Part shown: positions 1 through 8,576 of the stretch, piece by piece
Layout of the letters: each line of letters begins with the position of its first letter
How positions within the stretch are numbered: the first letter of the stretch is position 1
From: Planctomycetota bacterium
Lineage (GTDB): Bacteria > Planctomycetota > UBA1135
Assembly: GCA_003696625.1 (NCBI GenBank)
Contig: RFGR01000153.1
Coordinates: 519 to 64,518 of the forward strand
Direction: 5' to 3'
DNA length: 64,000 nt
Notes under the pieces: model-generated
Told to the model about the DNA's origin: nothing
Seen by the model: only the letters and a program-made list of their open reading frames with translations
The model's database searches: none
Position numbers and translations under genes: made by a program

Positions 1-996
1 GAGGCGGTGGTGCTCGCCACCGGCCATTCCGCGCTCGACGCGCAGCGGCTGGCGGTCGCCGCCGGCGCGCCGGCCGAAGCCAAGGGCTTCGCCCTCGGCG
101 TCCGGGTCGAGCATCCGCAGGCCTGGCTCGACCGGATCCAGTACCGCGGCGCCCGCGAGACCGCCCACCTGCCGCCGGCGTTCTACGAGCTGAAAACGCA
201 GGTGGACGAGCGCGGGGTCTACTCCTTCTGCATGTGCCCCGGCGGCTGGATCGTGCCCAGCCAGGCCGAGCCGGGCACCCTGGTCGTGAACGGCATGAGC
301 CTGGCCCGCCGCGACTCGCCCTTCGCCAACTCCGGCCTGGTGGTCGCGGTCGAGCCGAAGGATTGGTGCGGCAAACGCGGCTGGCGCTGGGGTTGGCCCG
401 AGGTGCTGCGGCGGGCGGCCGCGGTTTCCGACCACCCGCTGCTGCACGAGGAGATCGCCGATCCGCGCGGCGGCCCGCCGGTGCGCGTGGCCGAGGGGCG
501 GCTGCCGGTCCATCCGGCCATCGACCCCTTCTTCGGCGTCCGCCTGCAGGTGGCGCTCGAGACCCTCGCCGCCCACGCCGGCGGCGGCGACAACCGCGCC
601 CCGGCCCAGCGCTGCGACCACTTCGTCGCCGGCGCCGGCGAGGTCGCGCCGCCGCTGCCGACCAGCTACCGGCCCGGCCTGACCCCGGCCGACTTCGACG
701 CCATCCTGCCCCGCGGTGTCGCCCGCCGGCTGCGGCGGGCGATGCGCGAGTTCGACCGGCTGCTGCCCGGCTTCGCCGGCGCCGAAGGTCAGATCGTCGG
801 TGTCGAGACCCGGACCAGCTCGCCGGTGCGGCTGCGGCGCGACCCGGAAACCCTGGCCGCGCCCGGCTTGGCCGGCCTCCATCCCTGCGGCGAAGGCGCC
901 GGCTACGCCGGCGGCATCGTCTCGGCGGCGATCGACGGCCGCCGGGTCGCGGCCGCCGTCGTCGCCGCCACCGCGCCGCCGCCGGCGCCGGCATGA
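1..996 (+). CDS. FAD-dependent oxidoreductase-like protein (COG2509-type), N-terminus outside window
   Basis: Frame 1 is open from nt 1 (track ORF 7..996). FCMCPGGWIV, VNGMSLARRDSPFANSG and CGEGAGYAGGIVSAAIDG motifs are recalled from this family. The stop overlaps the next start (ATGA at 993-996). Confidence 0.6.
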   Translation, partial: EAVVLATGHSALDAQRLAVAAGAPAEAKGFALGVRVEHPQAWLDRIQYRGARETAHLPPAFYELKTQVDERGVYSFCMCPGGWIVPSQAEPGTLVVNGMSLARRDSPFANSGLVVAVEPKDWCGKRGWRWGWPEVLRRAAAVSDHPLLHEEIADPRGGPPVRVAEGRLPVHPAIDPFFGVRLQVALETLAAHAGGGDNRAPAQRCDHFVAGAGEVAPPLPTSYRPGLTPADFDAILPRGVARRLRRAMREFDRLLPGFAGAEGQIVGVETRTSSPVRLRRDPETLAAPGLAGLHPCGEGAGYAGGIVSAAIDGRRVAAAVVAATAPPPAPA

Positions 997-1493
997 GGGT
1001 CGAGGGCTTCCCGCCGATCGAGGCGCCCGGGGCGCGGCTGCTGATCCTCGGCTCGATGCCGAGCCCCGCCTCGCTCGCCGCCGGCCAATACTACGGCCAT
1101 CCCCGCAACGCCTTCTGGTGGATCATGGGGGAGCTGTTCGGGGCCGGGCCGGAGCTGCCCTACCAGGAGCGCTGCCGCCGCTTGACCGCGGCCGGGGTGG
1201 CGGTCTGGGACTCGCTGCGCGCCTGCGTCCGCCCGGGCAGCCTCGACCAGGCGATCGAGCCGGCTTCGGAGGTGGCGAACGACTTCGCGGCCCTGTTCGA
1301 GCGCCAGCCCGGCATCCGCCGGATCCTCTTCAACGGCGCCCGGGCCGAGCAGGCCTTCCGCCGCCACTCGCTGCCGGCGCTGGCCCGGTTGCCGCGGCCG
1401 CCGGTGATGCGGCGGCTGCCCTCGACCAGTCCGGCGATGGCCGCCCTGCGCCGGGAGGAGAAGCTGGCCCGGTGGCGGGCGGCGCTGGACTGA
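993..1493 (+). CDS. DNA-deoxyinosine (hypoxanthine) glycosylase, uracil-DNA glycosylase superfamily
   Basis: 166 aa from an internal ATG of track ORF 234..1493. LLILGSMPSPASL...QYYGHPRNAFW N-terminal signature. The upstream part of the long ORF is Arg/Pro-rich shadow of the preceding gene. Confidence 0.7.
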   Translation: MRVEGFPPIEAPGARLLILGSMPSPASLAAGQYYGHPRNAFWWIMGELFGAGPELPYQERCRRLTAAGVAVWDSLRACVRPGSLDQAIEPASEVANDFAALFERQPGIRRILFNGARAEQAFRRHSLPALARLPRPPVMRRLPSTSPAMAALRREEKLARWRAALD

Positions 1494-1502
1494 GGCGCGG
1501 GC

Positions 1503-1820
1503 TCAGCGGCAGCGCCGGACCATCGCCAGGAAGCGGTCCACCGCTTCCCGCCCGTAGACCGGAATCCGCCAGCGGTTGCCCTTGGCGTGCGGCTTGCCGG
1601 CACGATAGCCGGCCAGTTCGAGCAGGCGCGGGATCTCCTTCAGCTCGGCCCGGTCGTTGGCCGTCAGCCGGACCTCGTAGCCCTTCTTGTAACGGGCCGG
1701 GCCTTCCTCGCGGCAACGCTCCCGGTTCGGCAGTCGGATGCAGCCGTTGCGGCGATAGAGGGCGGCCAGCCGCCGCTCGGCCGCCGCCTTCGTCTTCACC
1801 ATTCGCTGTCGTCCGGCCAT
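1503..1820 (-). CDS. Small basic hypothetical protein (105 aa)
   Basis: Clean ORF with GAGGAG directly upstream of the ATG and non-shadow composition (K, Y, E, N present). The C-terminal half (YEVRL..AELKEIPRLLELAGY..GNRWRIPVYGREAVDRFLAMV) resembles a LAGLIDADG-like fold by eye only. Confidence 0.5.
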   Translation of the reverse strand: MAGRQRMVKTKAAAERRLAALYRRNGCIRLPNRERCREEGPARYKKGYEVRLTANDRAELKEIPRLLELAGYRAGKPHAKGNRWRIPVYGREAVDRFLAMVRRCR

Positions 1821-1945
1821 CGGCTCCTCGCTCAGTCCAGTCCGGGATCGCGGCCGCGGCGGCGGCTCGGCCCCACCAGCCGCGCAGCCGCGGCACCATC
1901 CAGGGTACAGCGGCGGCCGCGGCGCGGCGGCACCGGCCTACTTCT

Positions 1946-2398
1946 CTACTCCTCGGTGAAGCGCTCGTGGCCGGACTCGGCCAGGTCGCGGATCCGGGCG
2001 AAGACCTCGCGGGCATGGTCGTTGTCGCCGGTGAGCAGCGCTTCCTCCAGATCGAGGAAGGCGCGCTGGACGCCGATGATCCCGCGCCGGTAGGCGAGGA
2101 CGAAGGCCGGCCGCTCGGCCTCGGCCAGGCCGGCCGCCATGCGCGGTGCCTCAGTCTTGGCCGCCTGAGCGGCCGCCTGCACCCGCAGCAGGGCGGCGAG
2201 GGATTCCTGGTTCCGCTCCGGATCCCGGATGCTGCGGCGGAGGAACTTGAGGCCTTCCTCCATCACGTGCATCTGCCGGGCGAGCGGGGTTTCCTCCTCC
2301 TCGTGTCCGGACGGATCCTGGCCGCCGGCGGCGAGCAGGGGCAGGGCGAGCAGCAGCAGGCCGAACAGGCCGAGCCAGTGGTGGTGGCGGATGCGCAT
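1946..2398 (-). CDS. Secreted cytochrome b562-like four-helix-bundle protein
   Basis: 150 aa from an internal ATG of track ORF 1946..2830, with signal peptide MRIRHHHWLGLFGLLLLALPLLAAG. By eye it is colinear with E. coli CybC. The N-terminal Met (ARQMHVMEEGLKFL vs EDNMETLNDNLKVI) and C-terminal His (ESGHERF vs NAYHQKY) heme ligands are both present. Confidence 0.6.
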   Translation of the reverse strand: MRIRHHHWLGLFGLLLLALPLLAAGGQDPSGHEEEETPLARQMHVMEEGLKFLRRSIRDPERNQESLAALLRVQAAAQAAKTEAPRMAAGLAEAERPAFVLAYRRGIIGVQRAFLDLEEALLTGDNDHAREVFARIRDLAESGHERFTEE

Positions 2399-2424
2399 GG
2401 CGGTCGGGATCGGCGGGGGCCGGC

Positions 2425-3750
2425 TCAGAAGGCGCGGGTCGAACCCGGCATCGGGATCGGGTAGTTGCCCTCGGCGTCGGGCAGGGTCGGCGGGTCGGCG
2501 TTCCAGTCGTAGGCGGCCGGGAGCAAGGCGAGGTCGGAGTTGAAGGCCTCCTCCCAGGTCACGACCTGGCCGGAGTAGGTGGCCATGCGGCCGAAGATGG
2601 CCGTCATCGTGCTCAGAGCGCCGTATTCGGCCTCGTTGTAGGGGGTGTCCTGGCGAATGGCGGCGAACAGGTCGTCGTGCTCGACCTGGTAGGGGTTCAC
2701 GCCCTCGCCGCGCCAGCGCCACTTCCAGCCGCCGGGGCCTTCGATCACGCCGGCGCTGATGTTGGCGTAGCCGTCGGCGCCGTGGACGTGCTCGGAGACG
2801 TTGTTGGCGCAGCCGGGGATGTGCCGGCACTGCGACAAGAGCTTGGTGCCGTCGGCGTAGGTGAACTCGACCATGTGGTGGTCGTAAATCTCGCCGTAGT
2901 CCTTGCCGGTCCGGACCTGGCGGCCGCCCATGCCCTGGGCCTCGACCGGCGGGCCGCCCATCACCCAGTTGCAGACGTCGAGGTTGTGGATGTGCTGTTC
3001 GACGATGTGATCGCCGCAGAGCCAGACGAAGTAGTACCAGTTGCGCATCTGGTACTCCATCTCGGTCTGGCCGGGTTGGCGCGGATTGACCCAGACGCCG
3101 GCGCCGTTCCAGTAGGCGCGGAACAGCTTGAACCGGCCGACGGCGCCCTCCTGCAGGCGGCGGACGGTCTCCTGGTAGCGCGGGTCGTGGTGGCGCTGGA
3201 GGCCGACGCCGACCTTGAGGTTCTTGCGCTTGGCTTCCTCGGCCGCCTTCAGCACCTTGCGGACGCCGGGCGCGTCCACGGCCACCGGCTTCTCCATGAA
3301 GACGTGCCGGCCCTTCTCGACCGCGTAGTCGAAGTGGATCGGCCGGAAGCCGGGCGGGGTGGTCAGGATGACCAGGTCGACGTCGCTGTCGATCGCCTTC
3401 CGGTAGGCGTCGAAGCCGACGAAGCGCCGCTCCGGGGGCACCGCGACCTTGTCGCCGAAGTTCTCGGTCAGGCTCCGGAGCGAGCCCTCGAGTCGGTCGG
3501 AGAAGGCGTCGGCCATGGCGACCAGACGGACCTCGCCGGCGGTGCTCAGGGCCTGGCCGGCGGCGCCGGTGCCGCGGCCGCCGCAGCCGATCAGCGCGAC
3601 GCGGATCTCGTCGTCGCCCATCGGGTTGCGCGGCGGCGCCGGCGCGGCGGCGGTCGCGGCCGGGGTGGAGGCGCCGGCGCCCCGGAGCAGGGCGCCGCCG
3701 GCGAGGGCGGAGGAGGCGGCGAGGAAGGAACGGCGGGAGGTCGGGCTCAC
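2425..3750 (-). CDS. Tat-exported Gfo/Idh/MocA family oxidoreductase
   Basis: 441 aa with a GTG start and twin-arginine signal MSPTSRRSFLAASSALAGGALL. Rossmann motif IGCGGRG, EKP motif (VFMEKPVA) and GDHIVEQHIHNLD are typical of the periplasmic GFOR-like subgroup. Confidence 0.85.
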   Translation of the reverse strand: MSPTSRRSFLAASSALAGGALLRGAGASTPAATAAAPAPPRNPMGDDEIRVALIGCGGRGTGAAGQALSTAGEVRLVAMADAFSDRLEGSLRSLTENFGDKVAVPPERRFVGFDAYRKAIDSDVDLVILTTPPGFRPIHFDYAVEKGRHVFMEKPVAVDAPGVRKVLKAAEEAKRKNLKVGVGLQRHHDPRYQETVRRLQEGAVGRFKLFRAYWNGAGVWVNPRQPGQTEMEYQMRNWYYFVWLCGDHIVEQHIHNLDVCNWVMGGPPVEAQGMGGRQVRTGKDYGEIYDHHMVEFTYADGTKLLSQCRHIPGCANNVSEHVHGADGYANISAGVIEGPGGWKWRWRGEGVNPYQVEHDDLFAAIRQDTPYNEAEYGALSTMTAIFGRMATYSGQVVTWEEAFNSDLALLPAAYDWNADPPTLPDAEGNYPIPMPGSTRAF

Positions 3751-3778
3751 GGGTCGGGGAAGGAGAGTGGTTCCGGGT

Positions 3779-4870
3779 TCAGCGGTGGCCGTGTCGCTGT
3801 CGTTCGAGGATGCGGGCGGTCTGCTCGACGTCCGGCCCCCACCAGCGCTCCAGCTCCTCCGGCGTCGGTTCGGCCAGCGGCCGAACCACCCGGAAGCCGA
3901 CGAAGGGAGCGTCGGTCAGGTACCAGATGCTCTTGGGAAGCTGCGGGTCCTGGACCTTCCAGGACCGGGTCGAGGCGCGGCGGGCGGCCGAGCGCAGGCG
4001 GTCCGGGTCGTCGTCCCAGGAGCCGCCGCGGACGACCCGCTTGAACTCCTCGGTCGGCCAGGCGACCGGGTCGGGCAGGAGCGCCTCCGGGGAGGCGTAG
4101 AAGCCGCGGTCGTGCCGGTCGAGAACCCACTCGGCGACGTTGCCGTGCATGTCGTAGAGGCCCCACGGGTTGGGCTTCTTCTTCATCACCGGGTGGTACT
4201 TGTCGTCGGCGTTGTCGAAGTACCAGGCGTAGTCGTCGAGCAGGTCGGGGTCGTCGCCGAAGCTGTAGGCGGTGGTGGTGCCGGCGCGGCAGGCGTACTC
4301 CCACTCGGCCTCGGTCGGCAGCCGGTAGAAGCGGCCGGTCTTCATGCTCAGCCACTTCGTGTACTGACGGGCGGCGAACTGGGTCATGCACACCGCCGGG
4401 CAGCCCTCGACGCCCATGCCGAAGTCCATCGGCACGTAGGGCGGGGTCGGCCGGCTGACCGCGTCCGCCCAGGCGTCCTGCGGCACGGCCTCGGCCTCAC
4501 CCTTCCGGCGCAGGGCCTGGTCGAGACGCATCGAGAAGACCAGGAACTCGTCCCAGGTGACCTCGTGTTCTTCGATCCAGAACGGCGAGACGGTGACTTC
4601 GTGCTGCGGCCCCTCGTCCTTCTTGCGGCCGGGTTCGCCCTCGGGGGAACCCATCAGGAAGGTGCCGCCCGGCACCGGGATCATCCGGAAGGTGACGTCG
4701 GTACCCGGAATCCGCTCCAGGTAGGGTTTCATGGCCGCGGCGTCGGCGGCGACGGCGTCCTCGACCTCGACGGCCGGCGGCCGACCCTCGGGCGGATCGG
4801 GGTAGACCGCGGCCCCCTGCGCCGGGAGGGCGGCCGGGACCAAGAGGAGCAGGGCAAGGGGACGAATCAT
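3779..4870 (-). CDS. Secreted formylglycine-generating-enzyme (SUMF1/EgtB/PvdO) family protein
   Basis: Start moved to MIRPLALLLLVPAALPAQG (signal peptide). NPWGLYDMHGNVAEWV and RGGSWDDDP signatures of the FGE-sulfatase fold. Confidence 0.8.
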   Translation of the reverse strand: MIRPLALLLLVPAALPAQGAAVYPDPPEGRPPAVEVEDAVAADAAAMKPYLERIPGTDVTFRMIPVPGGTFLMGSPEGEPGRKKDEGPQHEVTVSPFWIEEHEVTWDEFLVFSMRLDQALRRKGEAEAVPQDAWADAVSRPTPPYVPMDFGMGVEGCPAVCMTQFAARQYTKWLSMKTGRFYRLPTEAEWEYACRAGTTTAYSFGDDPDLLDDYAWYFDNADDKYHPVMKKKPNPWGLYDMHGNVAEWVLDRHDRGFYASPEALLPDPVAWPTEEFKRVVRGGSWDDDPDRLRSAARRASTRSWKVQDPQLPKSIWYLTDAPFVGFRVVRPLAEPTPEELERWWGPDVEQTARILERQRHGHR

Positions 4871-4954
4871 GGGCGGGTGGCCGGCTGGGTGGCACAATCT
4901 AACCCCCGCGGCCCGCTTCGAAAGCTACGACAGGCCAAGAAATCGGATCCCGAC

Positions 4955-5953
4955 ATGCACTGGTCCCATCCGCTGGCTCTCCTCGCCCTGGCCGCCTGCG
5001 CGGGCCCGGCGTTGGAGCGTTACTCCTTTCAGGAGCCCCACATGGGCACGGAGTTTCGGCTGGTGCTGTACGCGCCGGACCCGGAACGGGCGGCGGCGGC
5101 GGCCCGGGCCGCCTTCGCCCGGGTGGCCGAGCTGGACGCCCGCCTGAGCGACTACCGGCCGGACAGCGAGGTCGGGCGGCTGGCCGAAGAAGGCCAGCGG
5201 ACTCCCCCACCGATCGAAGCGCGGATCTCGCCGGACCTGGCCCGGGTTCTCGGCCGCGCCCTGGAGATCGCCGAACTCACCGGCGGCGCCTTCGACCCCA
5301 CTCTCGGTCCCTGCACCCGGTTGTGGCGCCGGAGCGCCCGCCAGCGCGAGCTGCCCGCCCCGGAACGGTTGGCGACGGCCCGGGCCGCCTGCGGCCTAGA
5401 CAAGCTCACACTCTTGTCAAATCACCCGGAAGGTCCGATTCTCCGCTTGGACGCCGCCGGCATGCGGCTCGACCTCGGCGGCATCGCCAAGGGGGACGCC
5501 CTCGACCAGGCCCTGGCGGTGCTGCGGAAGCACGGGATCGATCGGGCGCTGGTGGACGGCGGCGGCGACCTGGCCGCCTCCGGCCCACCGCCCGACCGGT
5601 CCGGCTGGACCGCCGCCTGGGAGGCCTTCGGCGCCGGCACCCTCGGCCTCGCCCACGCCGCCCTCGCCACCTCCGGCGATCGCTACCAGTCGATCACGAT
5701 CGGCGGGGTCCGCTATTCTCACATCCTCGGTCCAGACACCGGACTCGGCCTGACCCGACGCATCGCCGCCACGGTCCTCGCGCCGGACGGGGCCACCGCC
5801 GACGCCCTCGCCTCGGCCCTGTGCGTGCTCGGGCCCGAGCGCGGAATCGAGCTGGTCGAGAGCCTGGCCGGGGTCGAGGCCCGGATCGCCACGCCCGAGC
5901 AGGCCTGGCTCAGCTCCGGCTTCCCACGGCCCGATCTCTCCGCGAAGCGGTAG
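4955..5953 (+). CDS. apbE: FAD:protein FMN transferase ApbE, lipoprotein
   Basis: 332 aa from an internal ATG of track ORF 3449..5953, with lipobox LALAAC. Carries SDYRPDSEV, DLGGIAKG and TSGDYQ-like (TSGDRYQ) ApbE motifs. Confidence 0.85.
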   Translation: MHWSHPLALLALAACAGPALERYSFQEPHMGTEFRLVLYAPDPERAAAAARAAFARVAELDARLSDYRPDSEVGRLAEEGQRTPPPIEARISPDLARVLGRALEIAELTGGAFDPTLGPCTRLWRRSARQRELPAPERLATARAACGLDKLTLLSNHPEGPILRLDAAGMRLDLGGIAKGDALDQALAVLRKHGIDRALVDGGGDLAASGPPPDRSGWTAAWEAFGAGTLGLAHAALATSGDRYQSITIGGVRYSHILGPDTGLGLTRRIAATVLAPDGATADALASALCVLGPERGIELVESLAGVEARIATPEQAWLSSGFPRPDLSAKR

Positions 5954-5985
5954 GATCCGGGCGCGCTTCCTCCTCGCGAGAACCC

Positions 5986-7317
5986 ATGCCCGACATCACT
6001 CCCCAACTCCACGGCCAAGGCGGCCGGTCCAGCCGCCGTTCCTTCCTCCGCACCGGCGCCGCCGCCACCGGCGCCCTCTACGCCGGCGCCGCCCTGCCGG
6101 CCGGCCTGGGCCTCGGCCGGTTCCTGGCCGGCGCGGGCTCCAGCGAGATCCTCCGAGTCGGCCTGGTCGGCTGCGGCGGCCGCGGCGGCGGCGCGGTGGT
6201 GAACGCCCTGAACGCCGACCCGGCGACGAAACTGGTCGCCCTCGGCGACACCTTCGCCGATCGGGTCGAGGCCAAGTACCAGGCCCTCAAGCAGTCCGGG
6301 GTCGGCGACCGAGTCGAGGTGGACGACGAGCACAAGTTCGCCGGCTTCGACGCCTACAAGCACGTCATCGACTCCTGCGACGTGGTCTGCCTGGCCACCT
6401 CGCCGCACTTCCGGCCGCAGCACGTCGAGTACGCGGTCGAGAAGGGCGTCCACCTGTTCGTCGAGAAGCCGGTGGCGACCGACGCCAAGGGTGTGCGCCG
6501 GATGCGCGCCGCCTGCGAAGCCGCGGCCGCCAAGGGGCTGTCCGTGGTCTCCGGCCTCTGCTACCGCTACCAGTTCGCCAAGCAGGAGACGTTCAAGCGG
6601 GTCCACGACGGCGCCATCGGCGACATCCTGACGCTCCAGTGCACCTACAACACCGGCACCCTCTGGCACCGCGGCACCCAGAAGGAACACCCGGAGTGGA
6701 GCGACATGGAGTATCAAATCCGCAACTGGCTCTACTTCACCTGGCTGAGCGGCGACCACATCGCCGAGCAGCACATCCACAGCCTGGACAAGGTGCTGTG
6801 GGCGATGCGCGACGTGCCGCCGGCGCGGATCACCTCGACCGGCGGTCGCATCCAGCGGACCGACCCGAAGTACGGCAACGTCTACGACCACTTCAACACC
6901 GTCTACGAGTGGGAGAACGGCGTGAAGGCGTTCAGCTCCTGCCGGCAGATGGCCGGCTGCAGCACCGACGTCAGCGACTACGCCTTCGGCACCAAGGGCG
7001 TGGCGGCGCTCCAGCACCATCGGATCACCGGTGAGAACCCCTGGCGCTGGCGCGGCGAGGGGCCGGACGACATGTACCAGAACGAGCACGACGCGCTGTT
7101 CCGCTCGATCCGCGCCGGCGAGCCGATCAACAACGGCGACTACATGTGCAAGAGCACGCTGATGGCGATCGCCGGCCGCATGGCCGCCTACACCGGCCAG
7201 ACCCTGACCTGGCAACAGGTCGAGAACTCCCAGCTCGACCTGACGCCGCCGGCCTACGAATGGGGCGATCTGGAAGTCGCGCCGGTCGCGGTGCCGGGGG
7301 TGACGAAGTTCGTCTGA
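5986..7317 (+). CDS. Tat-exported Gfo/Idh/MocA family oxidoreductase (paralogue of 2425..3750)
   Basis: 443 aa from an internal ATG of track ORF 5323..7317, with twin-arginine signal GRSSRRSFLRTGAAATGA. VGCGGRG, FVEKPVA and GDHIAEQHIHSLD motifs. Lies 32 nt downstream of apbE on the same strand. Confidence 0.85.
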   Translation: MPDITPQLHGQGGRSSRRSFLRTGAAATGALYAGAALPAGLGLGRFLAGAGSSEILRVGLVGCGGRGGGAVVNALNADPATKLVALGDTFADRVEAKYQALKQSGVGDRVEVDDEHKFAGFDAYKHVIDSCDVVCLATSPHFRPQHVEYAVEKGVHLFVEKPVATDAKGVRRMRAACEAAAAKGLSVVSGLCYRYQFAKQETFKRVHDGAIGDILTLQCTYNTGTLWHRGTQKEHPEWSDMEYQIRNWLYFTWLSGDHIAEQHIHSLDKVLWAMRDVPPARITSTGGRIQRTDPKYGNVYDHFNTVYEWENGVKAFSSCRQMAGCSTDVSDYAFGTKGVAALQHHRITGENPWRWRGEGPDDMYQNEHDALFRSIRAGEPINNGDYMCKSTLMAIAGRMAAYTGQTLTWQQVENSQLDLTPPAYEWGDLEVAPVAVPGVTKFV

Positions 7318-7336
7318 GCCGGTCGCCGGCCCGGCC

Positions 7337-7882
7337 TCAGCCGTAGAGCCAGAGGAAGAAGAGCGGCACCGCGACGCCGGCCAGGGTGAACCACTTGCCC
7401 CGGCCGGCGAAGCCGGTCCGCCCCTTGAGGAAGACCGCGCCGGAGACGGCCAGGAACGCCAGCGCCAGCGCGAACAGGTCGGCGACCCAGGTCCAGAGCC
7501 GGCCGGGCGTGTTCAGGTGCAGGAAGTTCGACTCCCAGAAGACCGGCCGCTTCGCCGCCACCTCGCGCACCACCCGGCCGCTGCGCAGATCGACCGTGTA
7601 GTTGGCCGGCGGCGCGAAGATCTGCAGGGTGTCCGGATCGGGCTTGAAGGTGGATCGGTACTCCTCGGGGTTGCCGGTGGCGCGGAGGATGGCGGCGGCC
7701 GACAGGTCCCGGGCCCCGTCCACCTGCCAGGTCGTGCGCTCGACCGAGAAGTTCGGGTTCCAGTCCTCGCGGTGGTTGACCGCGATTCCGGACAGGGCGT
7801 AGATCAGCGTCAAGCCGACGCAGAGGTAGCCCACGTCGCGGTGGATCACGCGGAGCCACCGCCGCCAGCCCTTCTTCGCCAC
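7337..7882 (-). CDS. PepSY-associated transmembrane-helix protein
   Basis: 181 aa. N-terminal WRRWLRVIHRDVGYLCVGLTLIYALSG motif, with hydrophobic helices at both ends. The GTG start lies 2 nt after the upstream stop, suggesting translational coupling. Confidence 0.6.
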   Translation of the reverse strand: MAKKGWRRWLRVIHRDVGYLCVGLTLIYALSGIAVNHREDWNPNFSVERTTWQVDGARDLSAAAILRATGNPEEYRSTFKPDPDTLQIFAPPANYTVDLRSGRVVREVAAKRPVFWESNFLHLNTPGRLWTWVADLFALALAFLAVSGAVFLKGRTGFAGRGKWFTLAGVAVPLFFLWLYG

Positions 7883-7884
7883 GG

Positions 7885-8547
7885 TCAGAGGCCGATGCGG
7901 GCGCCGGTGCCCTGGATCTGCCAGATCACCTGCGGCTCGGTGATCGAGGCCGGATCGAACTCTTCGCCGGCGGCCTCGGCCCGGGCGGCATAGACCTCGC
8001 GCAGGCGCTCGACCGGCACGACGATCTTGGTGACCACGCCCTCGGCGGTGGCGGTCGCTCCCTTGGCCGTGATCGGGAAGACCATCTCGCCGTCGTTCAC
8101 TTTGAACCGGACCTTCTGGTAGTCCTCGCCGCCGGCGATGTCCATCCAGCAGCCGCGGTGCTCGCAGACGGCGACCACGGTGCCGCGCACCTGGACCTTC
8201 CGTCCCTCGTACTTCTCCCAGTCGGCGACCAGATCAGCGATCGGGGTGATCGTGTCGAGGGTGAGCGGGGCGCCGTAGGCCGTCTCGTCGGCCGGAGGGG
8301 GCGCCGGGTCGCCGGCGGCAGGGGCCGCGGCCGCCGCGGCGTCGGTGCCGTCGGACGGGGCAGTCGCTTGGGAGTCGCAGACCGACTCTTCGGAGTCGAC
8401 GCACCCGCCGGCCATCGGCGCGGCTTCGCCGGCGGTGAGGGACGAGGGGGCGGGAGAATCGCCGGCGGCGGCCTGACCGCCCTCCTGGTCGGAGCAGGAG
8501 GCCAGGGCCAGGGCACAGACGACCCACGCGAAGAGAGGGCTCTTCAT
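7885..8547 (-). CDS. DUF4920-like lipoprotein with Ala/Pro/Cys-rich linker
   Basis: 220 aa from an internal ATG of track ORF 7885..9975, with lipobox ALALASC and AAGGAG 5 nt upstream. C-terminal OB-like domain with VCEHRGCWM as recalled for DUF4920. Confidence 0.6.
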   Translation of the reverse strand: MKSPLFAWVVCALALASCSDQEGGQAAAGDSPAPSSLTAGEAAPMAGGCVDSEESVCDSQATAPSDGTDAAAAAAPAAGDPAPPPADETAYGAPLTLDTITPIADLVADWEKYEGRKVQVRGTVVAVCEHRGCWMDIAGGEDYQKVRFKVNDGEMVFPITAKGATATAEGVVTKIVVPVERLREVYAARAEAAGEEFDPASITEPQVIWQIQGTGARIGL

Positions 8548-8576
8548 GGCGCTCCTTATCCCACGGCCGGCCGGAA

